A DNA stretch of 64,000 nt from Eledone cirrhosa (Eukaryota), in NCBI GenBank assembly GCA_964016885.1, contig OZ024742.1, positions 129,828,001 through 129,892,000 on the forward strand, read 5' to 3'. Positions 23,890-33,874 of the stretch are shown here, piece by piece. Below the pieces are notes generated by a model that was given only the letters and a program-made list of their open reading frames with translations, searched no databases and was not told the DNA's origin. Positions within the stretch are counted from its first letter, which is position 1. Every line of letters starts with the position of its first letter. Made by a program: the position numbers and the translations under genes.

Positions 23890-23895
<6 letters not shown>
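22808..23895 (+). mobile_element. Retrozyme-like/PLE non-coding unit, 1022-bp period with ~64-bp terminal direct repeat
   Basis: TTGAAATATGTATAATAAAATAAATATGG...ATATTGT at 22808 and 23830; AT-rich with no credible ORF; TA tracts at both ends. Confidence 0.75.
23786..23851 (+). ncRNA. Type I hammerhead ribozyme
   Basis: TATTTAAT-CTGATGA-AAGCGCACCA..TGGTTGCCCTT-GAAA-TATGTA-TA/ATAAAATA. Confidence 0.75.
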
Positions 23896-23920
<25 letters not shown>

Positions 23921-23921
<1 letters not shown>

Positions 23922-25410
23922 TTAGAAAACTAGGAGTAGATGAGTAGCTTGTGAGAGCTATACAAGCCATGTATAGAGGAACAGTCAGCATGGTTAGAAT
24001 TAACAATGAATATAGTGAGAATTTAGCGTAAAAGTAGGTGTTCACCAAGGCTCCGTCCTTAGCCCCCCTCTTGTTTATTATTGCCCTACAGGCTATAACA
24101 GAAGAGTCTAAGACTAGCTGCCCATGGGAACTTCTATATGCAGATGATCTAACTCTCATAGCTGAATCTATGGCTGAACTAGAGAAGAAATTCCAAACAT
24201 GGAAGCATGGCCTAGAATCAAAAAGCCTTAAAGTTAACTTGTCTAAGACTAAATTTCTAGTATGTAGAAAGGAAAATAGGGAACATGTGCCCTCTAGGAA
24301 ATGGCCTTGCTCAGTGTGTAGGAAAGGAGTAGGTAGAAATTCCATTCTATGTCCCAAATGCAAATTGTGTGTACACAAGAGATCTAGTAGGATCTCAGAC
24401 AGGCAAGCAAAGAAGGTAGATTTTATATGTGGCCAGTACACAGGGGCAGTAAGTAGAAAGAGCTCACTGGATACTAGCTCCTTTAATTGCTCAGAGGACT
24501 CTGTAGGAGTTGATAGTTTCTGTTACTTGGGTGACAAAATCTACAGTGGAGGAGGGTGTTCTGAAAGTACAATAACCAGAGTTAGAACGGGATGGAAAAA
24601 GTTCAGAGAGCTAATACGACTGTTGGCCACAAAAGGTTTCTCTTTAAAAATGAAAGGCAGATTGTATGATGCTTGTATATGAACAGTAATGTTACATGGC
24701 AGTGAGACCTGGGCATTATGTGCAGAGGAGCTGCGCAGTTTGGAAAGGAATGAAGCATGCATGCTCCGATGGATGTGTAATAGTAATATACATGAACTGC
24801 AAAACGTAAACAAACTAAGTATGAAGGATGACAGCTGTATAAAAAAAGTGCAGAGCAATCAAAATTGATGGAAGCTATGGAGTAGCTAGACCCAGAAAAA
24901 CCTGGGACAAGATGATAAAAACTGACCTTGCACACTTGCACCTCTCTAAGACAATGTTACTGGATCAAGATCTTTGGTGCTACACAATAATACAAAAGAC
25001 CTGCCTTCCCTTACGTATGAACTTAAACCTACAGTCAGTAGGCACTTCTTAACCTAATATACACCTCACCCCACATCCCACACTCCCTACTCCATCCTCC
25101 CACTTCCACCCACACCACCCTTTCTCTGTAAAGTTATGTTGGTACCACAGAACATGCAACCCACACTGTAAAATGGTTGTGTAGAGGTCACAACAGAAAG
25201 CACCCAGTCCACGCTGTAAAGTGGTCATGTAGGAGACATGGTAAAAAACTGTAAATATGGTTGGTGTTAGGAAGGGCATCCAGCTGTAGAAAACCTGTCA
25301 GAAACAGCTCTGTACGAGCGATACACAGTCACCCAATCCAACTTGCATCAAATAGGACAAACCTGTCTAACCCATGCTAGTGTGGAAGATAGATGTTAAA
25401 CGATGATGAC

Positions 25411-25412
<2 letters not shown>
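23921..25412 (+). mobile_element. RTE LINE, older 5'-truncated copy (RT end, PHD-like insert, 3'UTR)
   Basis: PWELLYADDL, WPCSVCRKGVGRNSILCPKC; stops and frameshifts; (GAT)n tail. Confidence 0.9.
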
Positions 25413-25448
<36 letters not shown>

Positions 25449-25483
25449 TGAACAAACCGTTAAAACATGTTTATTTAAAACAG

Positions 25484-25523
25484 CACCTACGTACGTTTCG
25501 CCCGAAAAGGGCTTTTCAAGGCA
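25484..25523 (-). ncRNA. Minimal hammerhead ribozyme, U3-A8 core variant, in a ~150-bp island (25446-25598) between (TA)n tracts
   Basis: TGCC-TTGAAAA-GCCC-ttttc-GGGC-GAAAC-GTAC-GTA/GGTG; palindromic stem III ACGTACGT. Confidence 0.7.
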
Positions 25524-25596
25524 TAAAAAACTAAAGAGTGTTCCTTATGTGACCCAGAAGGGGTTTTAAAGATAAATTCACATCACAGTTCATTCT

Positions 25597-25629
<33 letters not shown>

Positions 25630-25864
25630 AAGAAGCATACATATCTCTCGTATGTATAGATACATACAGAGTGTCCAACTTATACTGAGTTTGGTTCTAT
25701 GAAGGAGGTGATAAAGGGTTAGTCCATTGCATCTTGTCAGATTACAACATTCACACAAACCAACCACACAAACATAACACACAATTCACTTGGTTCCTTG
25801 TTGTTTTCCTGTATTGTCAACAATAGCTTCGATGTAAATTATTTCTTAATAAAAACTATTATCA

Positions 25865-26053
25865 TAATTGTTTCTACTTTAGTCACAAGGTCAGCAATAA
25901 ACCAGTACATTACTGGTACTTTATTTTATCGACCCCGTAAGGATGAAAGGCAAAGTTAACCTCAGCGGGATTTGAACTCAGATTGTAAAGGGACATAACT
26001 ATGCTAGAAAGCATGGCGTCCAACCCTCTACCGATACTGCCAATTCACTGCCC
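25865..26053 (-). mobile_element. SINE family A
   Basis: Reverse complement of the 53437 and 54612 copies. Confidence 0.88.
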
Positions 26054-26375
26054 TTATAATGATGTTTCTTATTGTTCATGGGATATTGTTAATGGCAGCT
26101 TTACTTTCAACTACTGACTATGGCAACACGTACAGCCTCACATCTTAACTCACTGAGACACAAACACTCAATTCATTTGCCATAAGTCATAAATCTTCCC
26201 ACAGTGTTTATATGGGAGAGAGCAATTCATGGAATCACCCATCAAGCCAACAACATTACTACTACAACATCTGCTACGACAAAAGGAACAAGAAACAATA
26301 ATACCAAACCCAAACCATCTCTCATGCTACATAGACAACACACCAACATATATATATATATATATATATATAAAT

Positions 26376-26426
26376 GGCTTCTACAGGACTAGAACTGTTT
26401 CGTTCAGGAGAAATCATCAGGAAGCC
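26376..26426 (-). ncRNA. Type I hammerhead ribozyme in a fold-back remnant (26372-26550)
   Basis: GGCTTC-CTGATGA-tTTC-tcct-GAAc-GAAA-CAG-ttctagtc-CTG-TA/GAAGCC; partial inverted copy at 26429-26462. Confidence 0.8.
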
Positions 26427-26571
26427 TCGAATGAAACAGTTCTGGTCCTGTAGAAGCCATTTCTATATTAAATATTTACACATTTACACTCTGCTTTGTA
26501 TTGAGTACCTTACTTACTGTGATTATCCCCGATTGAACCTGGAATAAACTTTTTTAAATTTTTTTTATTAT

Positions 26572-26788
26572 TATTTAATTATGTAATAAACAACACAAAA
26601 CAATTATTCCATTTACCAAAGGTTTCACGAAGACAGGCGAGCTCAACAGAGAAGCCTTGAGCTCGCCTGTCTTCGTGAGACCTTTGGTAAATGGAATAAT
26701 TGTTTTGTGTTGTTTATTACATAATTAAATAGCTCTGTAGTATACATAGAGCACTCTCCCTTCCTTTACCTTTTCTATGGAAATACTT
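26572..26788. mobile_element. PLE-type near-perfect fold-back (75-bp arms) with the 3' half of a hammerhead
   Basis: 26572-26646 / 26657-26731 with one mismatch; GAAA-CC-ttt-GG-TA on the - arm. Confidence 0.65.
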
Positions 26789-27684
26789 CATATATATATA
26801 TATATATTTATATATATATGCATATACACACGTGTGTGTGTGTGTATGTATACATGTAGCAATGTTGGTGTATTTTATATATATATATGTATATAAATAA
26901 ATAAATTGATTGACGATGGTAATGGAATCTATAGATAGAATACAAAGAAACAAACTAGATTTTTTTAGGGAAACACAAAGATAGAAATAGTGAGGAAATA
27001 AGAGAAATATTAGTGGTATGTTTTAAAGAAACAACCTAACCTTCGTAATATGATAAAAACATACAACATTTACCATTAATTTACATTACCTATTGCAGTA
27101 TGTAAGAAATCTATAAGCACACAAGGAAGACTCTTGGGTTATATTGAAATTACCAAATAAATGTATTTCGGAGTAGTACATGTTTGACAAGTGATTTGGT
27201 CTAAGACTGTGTTGAAACTGAATCAATTACATCATGGAAGAGCTATTTTAGCAACTTAAAATCACACACACACACACAAAGTGTTATATTTGCTTTTCAT
27301 TTATTTCATGTAGCACCCATGCAAGAGCAGTGTGTGTTTAGGCGGGAATGAGATGAACCAGTCATCATAAGCCTACAATTTAAAAGGGACCTACTCACCT
27401 TAAATTCTTTTTTTGTTTGTTTTTAAATTCTGTTTTTTTTTTTTGGGGGGGGGGGGGGTTCCCATTTTATGGACTCTTAACTGCTAATGGAGCCATAGAG
27501 GAACTACCACTGAACACAACAAGTTGGAACACGGACGATCTCTCCCAGGAGGGACTGATACTTGTTTTATCGATTTTAAAAGGATAATAAGCAAAGTTCA
27601 ACTGAGCAGGATTTGAATAACACATTCTTACTGATTTGTTTATTGTGTAAATCATATTGATTATATAATTAGAATATATATATA

Positions 27685-27912
27685 TTAACCTTTTAGCATT
27701 TAAACGACTGAATCCGGCCAGAATTCTCTCACCTCTTTCTGTTCAAACTGGCTGTAACTGGCCACTCATACTGATGTTAAGGTATTGTTCTCAAAATAAA
27801 AAGTATCAAAATCTCATAGATTTGATATTATGTGAGATAATTATGTAAGGTAAAGCCTTTAACGTGAAAATATAATCGTATATATAGAGTAATGTAAATG
27901 CTAATATGTTAA
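27685..27912. mobile_element. piggyBac-type MITE (same family as 2469)
   Basis: TTAA flanks; homologous body. Confidence 0.8.
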
Positions 27913-28552
27913 ACAAATATGATGACAATATAGATAGCCTAATACCACAAACACATGCTATATCCAACTAAAATCAACACATTCACACATATATCTCCAT
28001 TACCCAATTACATAAATATTTCACATGAAAATATAGAATCAAAACAAAAGAGTCTTAATTTAACACTGTGTCAATTGGCCCCACACCACAAGGAGTGCTG
28101 GAGCCTCCCACTAATACTTTTTGAGGCAAGCCAACCCACTGGCAGCATTACTGGGATATCGAGGCTAAAGTGCTGGAACAACCAAGCACACTCATGGGCA
28201 TTACCTGATACTTCAGTGAGGCAAGCTGCCAATGAGTAATGTAAATACTAAAGGGTTAATAATTAAGTTTAGCTCGGTATGATAAGTGAAATGACCAGCA
28301 TTCAGTTGGCACAACACACCATGAATAACCAATGTAGAGAGTTGGAACAAATACTGCAAAACATCCTATCCAACATTCTAATGGCTCGATCAATTCACTG
28401 CCATACATGTATATGTAACCCATACATAAATCATAATTATTTAACACCAATTATTAAAATACTTAATCGATAGTTTAAAGCAGGGCCTACATTTCATATC
28501 TGACCTGTGTCTATTATCAACTTAGTACAGCTCTGGTGACACCTCATCAAAT

Positions 28553-28752
28553 AATGGTTTCTGATTTAAGCACAAGGCCAATAATTTTTGGGGGATGGGA
28601 GTCGATTAAATCAACCCCAGTACATTACTGATACTTTATTTTATTGACCCCATAAGGCAAAACTAACTTCAGCAGCATTTGAACTCAGAAAGTAAAGGGA
28701 CGTAACTCTATGCGTCAAGGCATGTTGTCTGACGCTCTATTGATACTGATAA
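28553..28752 (-). mobile_element. SINE family A
   Basis: Homology to the other family A copies. Confidence 0.8.
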
Positions 28753-29335
28753 TATAACAATTTTGTGTTTTTTTTAAATGGGTAAATCAGGAGCGAATTA
28801 AACTATTAACAGGGTAGCATTTCCTACAGGCTCTGCATTTTCAAGGGCCCCATGCTCAGAGCTTTATACTATACTTCCTTTAACCTTTATGTCTCATTTA
28901 AAAAAGTAAAGGCCCCTTTGTAGTATATACTACAGGCCTCGCAATAACCTAATCCAGCACTGAACAAATGGTTCTTCTCAGTGGGGGATTAAGCTTGCAT
29001 GGGGGGCCCCATGGCAACAAATTTCATAAAGGATTCTTGCATATTGTTTATGGTAGTAAAATGTTAGCCTTGTAAATATTCTAGGGCCTCTGACTGCAAC
29101 CCTTTCTTTCCCCTCTCTATCTATTACTGGTTCATCCAACACATAATTGCAAACAAAACTATATATATATGAAATAGTTCATTTGTTTGTTTATTTCCAA
29201 TGCATGTAAAAACCAGTGGAGTAATCATGTTCAAACTTGGCATATGAGTTCATTAGATACAGGAATAGGTTTTTCTCACTGAAATTAATGCATGCAAGAT
29301 TCCACAGCTCTAGCATTACTTATTCATAGTCAGTC

Positions 29336-29370
<35 letters not shown>

Positions 29371-29619
29371 TATCACCGTTAGCATCTACTTTTCCACACT
29401 AGCATGGGTTAGACAAGTTGTTCCATTGTGAGACAAGCCAGGTTTGATGACCATGTCTTGCTACTACAAAACTGATTTTGGGTTGATTTCTACAGCTGGA
29501 TGCCCTTCCTAATGCCAACTACCTTTACAGTGTGTGTGTGGGTATGTGGAGATGGGGGTGTGTGGAGGTATTGGTATGTGGGTGTGTGTGTATATATATA
29601 TATAGAGAGAGATACATAT

Positions 29620-29855
29620 ATATAATATAATTTAATATAATAAAGAGAGATAAACACAGATATATACATATATGTGTTCAAATCATAAGGGACCTAATTC
29701 GCCAGGGTGAAAAATATATATATATATATGTGGTTATCTCTCTTTATTGTATTAAATTATATTATATGGCTCAGAAAATGTTTTCCTTGAGCTATTTAAT
29801 TGTAAGGGATTATTCTGAGTTTCTAACTCCATTTATACTTTTACTTTTGAGACAT
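29620..29855. repeat. Fold-back remnant between microsatellites (probable PLE end)
   Basis: Inverted repeat ~29620-29675 / 29713-29767 plus a unique tail; only a degenerate GAAcAC-ATATAT-GTA motif. Confidence 0.45.
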
Positions 29856-29879
29856 ATATATATATATATATATATATAT

Positions 29880-30326
29880 CATCATCATCATCATCACCGT
29901 TTTACGTCCGTTCTTCCACACTAGCATGGGTTAGACGGGTTGTCCTATTGTGGGCAGTGTCCGGTCGGCTGACCATGCCTTGCTCATACGGGAACTGATT
30001 CTGGCTTCATTTCTACAGCTGGATGCCCTTCCTAACACCAACCTCATTTACAGTGAGTGGTGGGTGCTTTTTTTACGTGGCGCCTACATATCCATTTTAC
30101 AGTGTGGGCTGGGTGCTTTTTTGCCGTGGTACCTCCATGGCCACTCTGCAGTGAAATGATAGGGACCTCAGTCCTATCATCTCATTTCTACAGCTGAGTA
30201 AACTGGAGCAATGTGAAATAAAGTGTCTTGCTCAAGGAAACAACGCATCACCCGGTCTGAGAATTGAACTCACAACCTTTCAATTGCAAGCTGCAAGCCC
30301 AATGCTCTAGCTACTAAGCCATGTGC

Positions 30327-30328
<2 letters not shown>
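29880..30328 (-). mobile_element. SINE family B (longer tail variant)
   Basis: Head and core as in 1281; duplicated ACAGTG..GGGTGCTTTTTT tail unit; (CAT)n. Confidence 0.9.
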
Positions 30329-30378
<50 letters not shown>

Positions 30379-30652
30379 TAAAACATGTCTATAGAATCGC
30401 CAGATAAAATATATACCGTTTCCTCTCCCAATTAGTATAATTAACCACATAAAAAATCAATTAGACCAAGCTATACAAATAAAGGCTCCTATGAAGAAAT
30501 CTCCGACAAATAACCGAAATCAACCCCTTCGCGGCGGTTACGACGGATTATTTATCGAATATTTCTACAGCATGTATAAATCGACCAGATATACAGTCAA
30601 CTAAACAGAATTAGGTGTAAAATAAACTAGAAGAAAGTGTACATATTTAATT

Positions 30653-30730
30653 ACCTCTACCATGGTTTCATCCGCATTTTAAGACATCCGATAACATTGG
30701 AAATCTAAAGCTTCGGATTCTTCAGGAAGT
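30653..30730 (-). ncRNA. Type I hammerhead ribozyme in a ~400-bp island (30376-30780)
   Basis: ACTTC-CTGAAGA-ATCCG...CGGAT-GAAAC-CATG-GTA/GAGGT; palindromic stem III ACCATGGT. Confidence 0.85.
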
Positions 30731-30816
30731 TACCTCAAATTTAGATATGATATATAGCTCTGATTATTTAATTGCAAAACACATATATATTTATGACTTT
30801 ATATATATATGTAAAC

Positions 30817-30851
<35 letters not shown>

Positions 30852-31144
30852 TATATATATCATAAATTATGTCCATAGAATCATTTGATAAAATATATAC
30901 ACTATTTCCTCTCCCAATTAGCATAATTAACCACATAAAAAAATCAATTAGACCAGGCTATAAGAATAAAGGCTCCTATGAAGAAATATTTGATAAATAA
31001 ACGAAAGCAGCCTCTTCGCGGCCAACCGCAATAGAATATTTACCCAACATTTCAACAGCATGTAGAAATCGGCTAAATATACCGTCAACCATACACAATT
31101 AGATATAAATTTAAAATTAGAAGAATACACTCTTACCATGATTA

Positions 31145-31225
31145 TGTCCCTACCCTGGGGTTTCGTTCGCGTTTTGAGATATCCTATTAAGGATAAATCT
31201 CGAGTATCGAACTCATCAGGAGACA
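31145..31225 (-). ncRNA. Type I hammerhead ribozyme in the paralogous ~450-bp island (30860-31310)
   Basis: TGTCTC-CTGATGA-GTTCG...CGAAC-GAAA-CCC-ca-GGG-TA/GGGACA. Confidence 0.88.
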
Positions 31226-31363
31226 AACTCATAGGACAGTTAATTTTCCAAACCGATCCTCTCCAGAAATAGATTCAAATATGGCTAAGAATTGTGACGT
31301 GGCAGTGGTTATATATATATATATATATACATATATACACACACATATATATATATATATATA

Positions 31364-31554
31364 TAGCAGTAAGTAAGACCCCGACGGCTGAGCTCAAGCC
31401 GTTTCGACGGCTAATTCTGTACAGAATTAGCCGTCGAAACGGCTTGAGCTCAGCCGTCGCGGTCTTACTTACTCCTATTACCCACTCTACTACCCTAAGT
31501 ATTGAGTACTTTGGTGCGTTATGGTCCACCTGGTTCCTTACCACTTTTCCTTTG

Positions 31555-31556
<2 letters not shown>
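31364..31556. mobile_element. PLE-type loopless palindrome (53-bp arms) with the 3' half of a hammerhead
   Basis: 31368-31473 centred at 31420/31421; GAAAC-GGC-ttgagctca-GCC-GTC at 31436-31458; (TA)n on both sides. Confidence 0.65.
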
Positions 31557-31601
<45 letters not shown>

Positions 31602-31745
31602 ATATTAACAAATGAAAACTATATTTATAAAACCATATTTATTTCATTATACATATTTCAAGGGCCACCAACGCAGATTATGGTGCGCTTTCATCAGATA
31701 AAATATAATATAGATTAGTTTTATAAATAAATATTGTCTATATTA

Positions 31746-31811
31746 TATTTTATCTGATGAAAGCGCACCATAATCTGCCTTGGTGGCCCTTGAAATATGT
31801 ATAATGAAATA
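31746..31811 (+). ncRNA. Type I hammerhead ribozyme (inverted copy at 31640-31705)
   Basis: TATTTTAT-CTGATGA-AAGCGCACCA..TGGTGGCCCTT-GAAA-TATGTA-TA/ATGAAATA. Confidence 0.8.
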
Positions 31812-31819
31812 AATATTTT

Positions 31820-32145
31820 TCGTTTTACGTCCGCTTTTCCCTGCTTGCAAGGGTGGGATGGGAACTGATTCTGGCTTGATTTCTCCAGCTGGATGCCCTT
31901 CCTAACACCAACCTCATTTACAGTGAGTGCTGGGTTCTTTTTTGCCGTGGCACCTCCACGACCACTTTGCAGTGGAATGATATGGACCCCAGTCCCTATC
32001 ATCTCATTTCTACAGCTGAGTAAACTGGAGCAATGTGAAATAAAGTGTCTTGCTCAAGGAAACAACACATCACCCGGTCCGAGAATTGAACTCACAACCT
32101 TTTGATTGCAAGGCCAATGCTCTAACCACTAAGCCATGTGCCTCC
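31820..32145 (-). mobile_element. SINE family B
   Basis: Near-identical to 7267; apparent TSD AAATAT at 31811-31816 and 32146-32151. Confidence 0.92.
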
Positions 32146-32649
32146 AAATATGGTTTTATAAATATAGTTTTCATTTGTTAATATATTGTATATTTACTCC
32201 AATTAATTTGTTGAGTGCTTTATATCAGTTATAAAAATATTTTTCTTGTTGTATCCCAACAAATTAAATATAACCTCTACATATATATATATATATATAG
32301 TAATCATATTTTTGAATCAGCGAGCGAGTTTGAAATTATTATAAATGTAAGCTATCGCCGTATTTTGATTAAAGAAATTATTTAGCCTGATAGTGGGGGT
32401 TAAGAACCCTCGGAGAAACGGAAAAAGATGAGTATTGACATATGTGTGTGTATATATCCGTGTATGTATATATATGGTATCCAATGATGTTGACTTGTTC
32501 TTCTTTTTGGTAAATATCATCTTGGTTAAGAGAGTGGAACTGGCTTTGTGCAGTGCCTTTGCTCACTATAAAAGCTTCACAGCACAGGCATTGCTTTATA
32601 TCTGGAGATCTCTCTGCACTTGTCATCACATGGTACCATGGGCCCTGCA

Positions 32650-32804
32650 CTATGTGTTAATAATGGTCACAAGTGTAGTCTTTGTACCAGAGTTTTCAAG
32701 TCGCTGGCTGGACTAAAAAGTCACATTCGTTCAGCGCATCGGTAGGGGTTCTCCTACATGGATATAAAGTAGTGGCCGTACTCGAAAACGAGTTGGCAGC
32801 CACC

Positions 32805-32806
<2 letters not shown>
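32650..32806 (+). mobile_element. 3' end of an RTE/BovB-like LINE with a C-terminal C2H2 finger
   Basis: [25 protein letters not shown] followed by a short 3'UTR; related fragment at ~54380-54600 (CYLCQIPCKSVAGLKSYL). Confidence 0.55.
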
Positions 32807-32874
<68 letters not shown>

Positions 32875-32927
32875 GTGTGTGTATGTATATATATATATTT
32901 ATACACATGCACATATATGTGTGTGTG

Positions 32928-32977
<50 letters not shown>

Positions 32978-33090
32978 CATACACACATATATGTGCGTGT
33001 GTATAAATATATATATATATACATACACACATATTGACATATGTGTGTGTGTATATATCCGTGTATGTATATATATGTATATATATACAT

Positions 33091-33130
<40 letters not shown>

Positions 33131-33272
33131 GATGATGATGATATATATATCATCATCATATATATATATATATATATATGTGTGTGTATGTATATATATA
33201 TATATATTTATACACACGCACATATATATGTGTGTGTGTATGTATATATATATATATATATATATATACACG
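32806..33272. repeat. Compound (TA)n/(CA)n/(TG)n microsatellite
   Basis: Direct inspection. Confidence 0.95.
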
Positions 33273-33510
33273 CAAACTTGACTGTCACCACATATTATGA
33301 ACCTGAAGATTGTGAAAGCATGAAAGTACTTGTTCAATTAACGCTTAGAATTTAATATTCTATCATACTATTTCATTATAATACCATTATATATTTTAAA
33401 GGATTGTAAATAAAATGAGTAAATCAGACAAAGTTGGAATTCCTCCTATTAATATAATCTTCTATACACAATCATACACACCCGTGTATATTTACCTATC
33501 TATCTATCTA

Positions 33511-33558
<48 letters not shown>

Positions 33559-33559
<1 letters not shown>

Positions 33560-33841
33560 GTTATTCCGGGTTGAATCGGAGGTAACCACAGTAAGTAAGG
33601 TACTCAATACATTGCAGAGTATAAAAGTTTTAATATAGATGAGATTCTACAGGACTAGAACTGTTTCATTCTTTAGAAATCATCAGGAATCTGGGTATCA
33701 AAAAATAAATATGGTATTTATAGGTCTCTACTCACTTGTAGAGACCTATAAATACCATATTTATTTTTTGATACCCAGATTCCTGATGATTTCTAAAGAA
33801 TGAAACAGTTCTAGTCCTGTAGAATCTCATCTATATTAAAA

Positions 33842-33842
<1 letters not shown>
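33559..33842. mobile_element. PLE/retrozyme perfect fold-back (105-bp arms, 6-nt loop)
   Basis: 33627-33731 / 33738-33842; (TA)n on both sides; same family as 26372 and 52290. Confidence 0.85.
33777..33827 (+). ncRNA. Type I hammerhead ribozyme (inverted copy at 33642-33692)
   Basis: AGATTC-CTGATGA-tTTC-taaa-GAAt-GAAA-CAG-ttctagtc-CTG-TA/GAATCT. Confidence 0.8.

Positions 33843-33871
<29 letters not shown>

Positions 33872-33874
<3 letters not shown>

Larger units (their letters stand above)
31596..32280. mobile_element. Fold-back copy of the 22808 retrozyme/PLE family, interrupted by a SINE B
   Basis: HHR on - at 31640-31705 and on + at 31746-31811; the + arm resumes at 32146 after the SINE. 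Confidence 0.8.

Noticed and set aside
26110-26350. Possible decayed GIY-YIG fragment (..FIWE..) next to an HHR island
   Set aside because: Similarity is too weak to call by eye
32384-32425. Hammerhead-like CTGATAG...GAAAC
   Set aside because: The core deviates, and there is no stem III/NUH or stem I pairing
32682-33355. Long YI/IY/VC-rich ORFs (also 31275-31718, 46185-46682, 51064-51707 and 20856-21219)
   Set aside because: Translations of (TA)n/(TG)n microsatellites and low-complexity DNA
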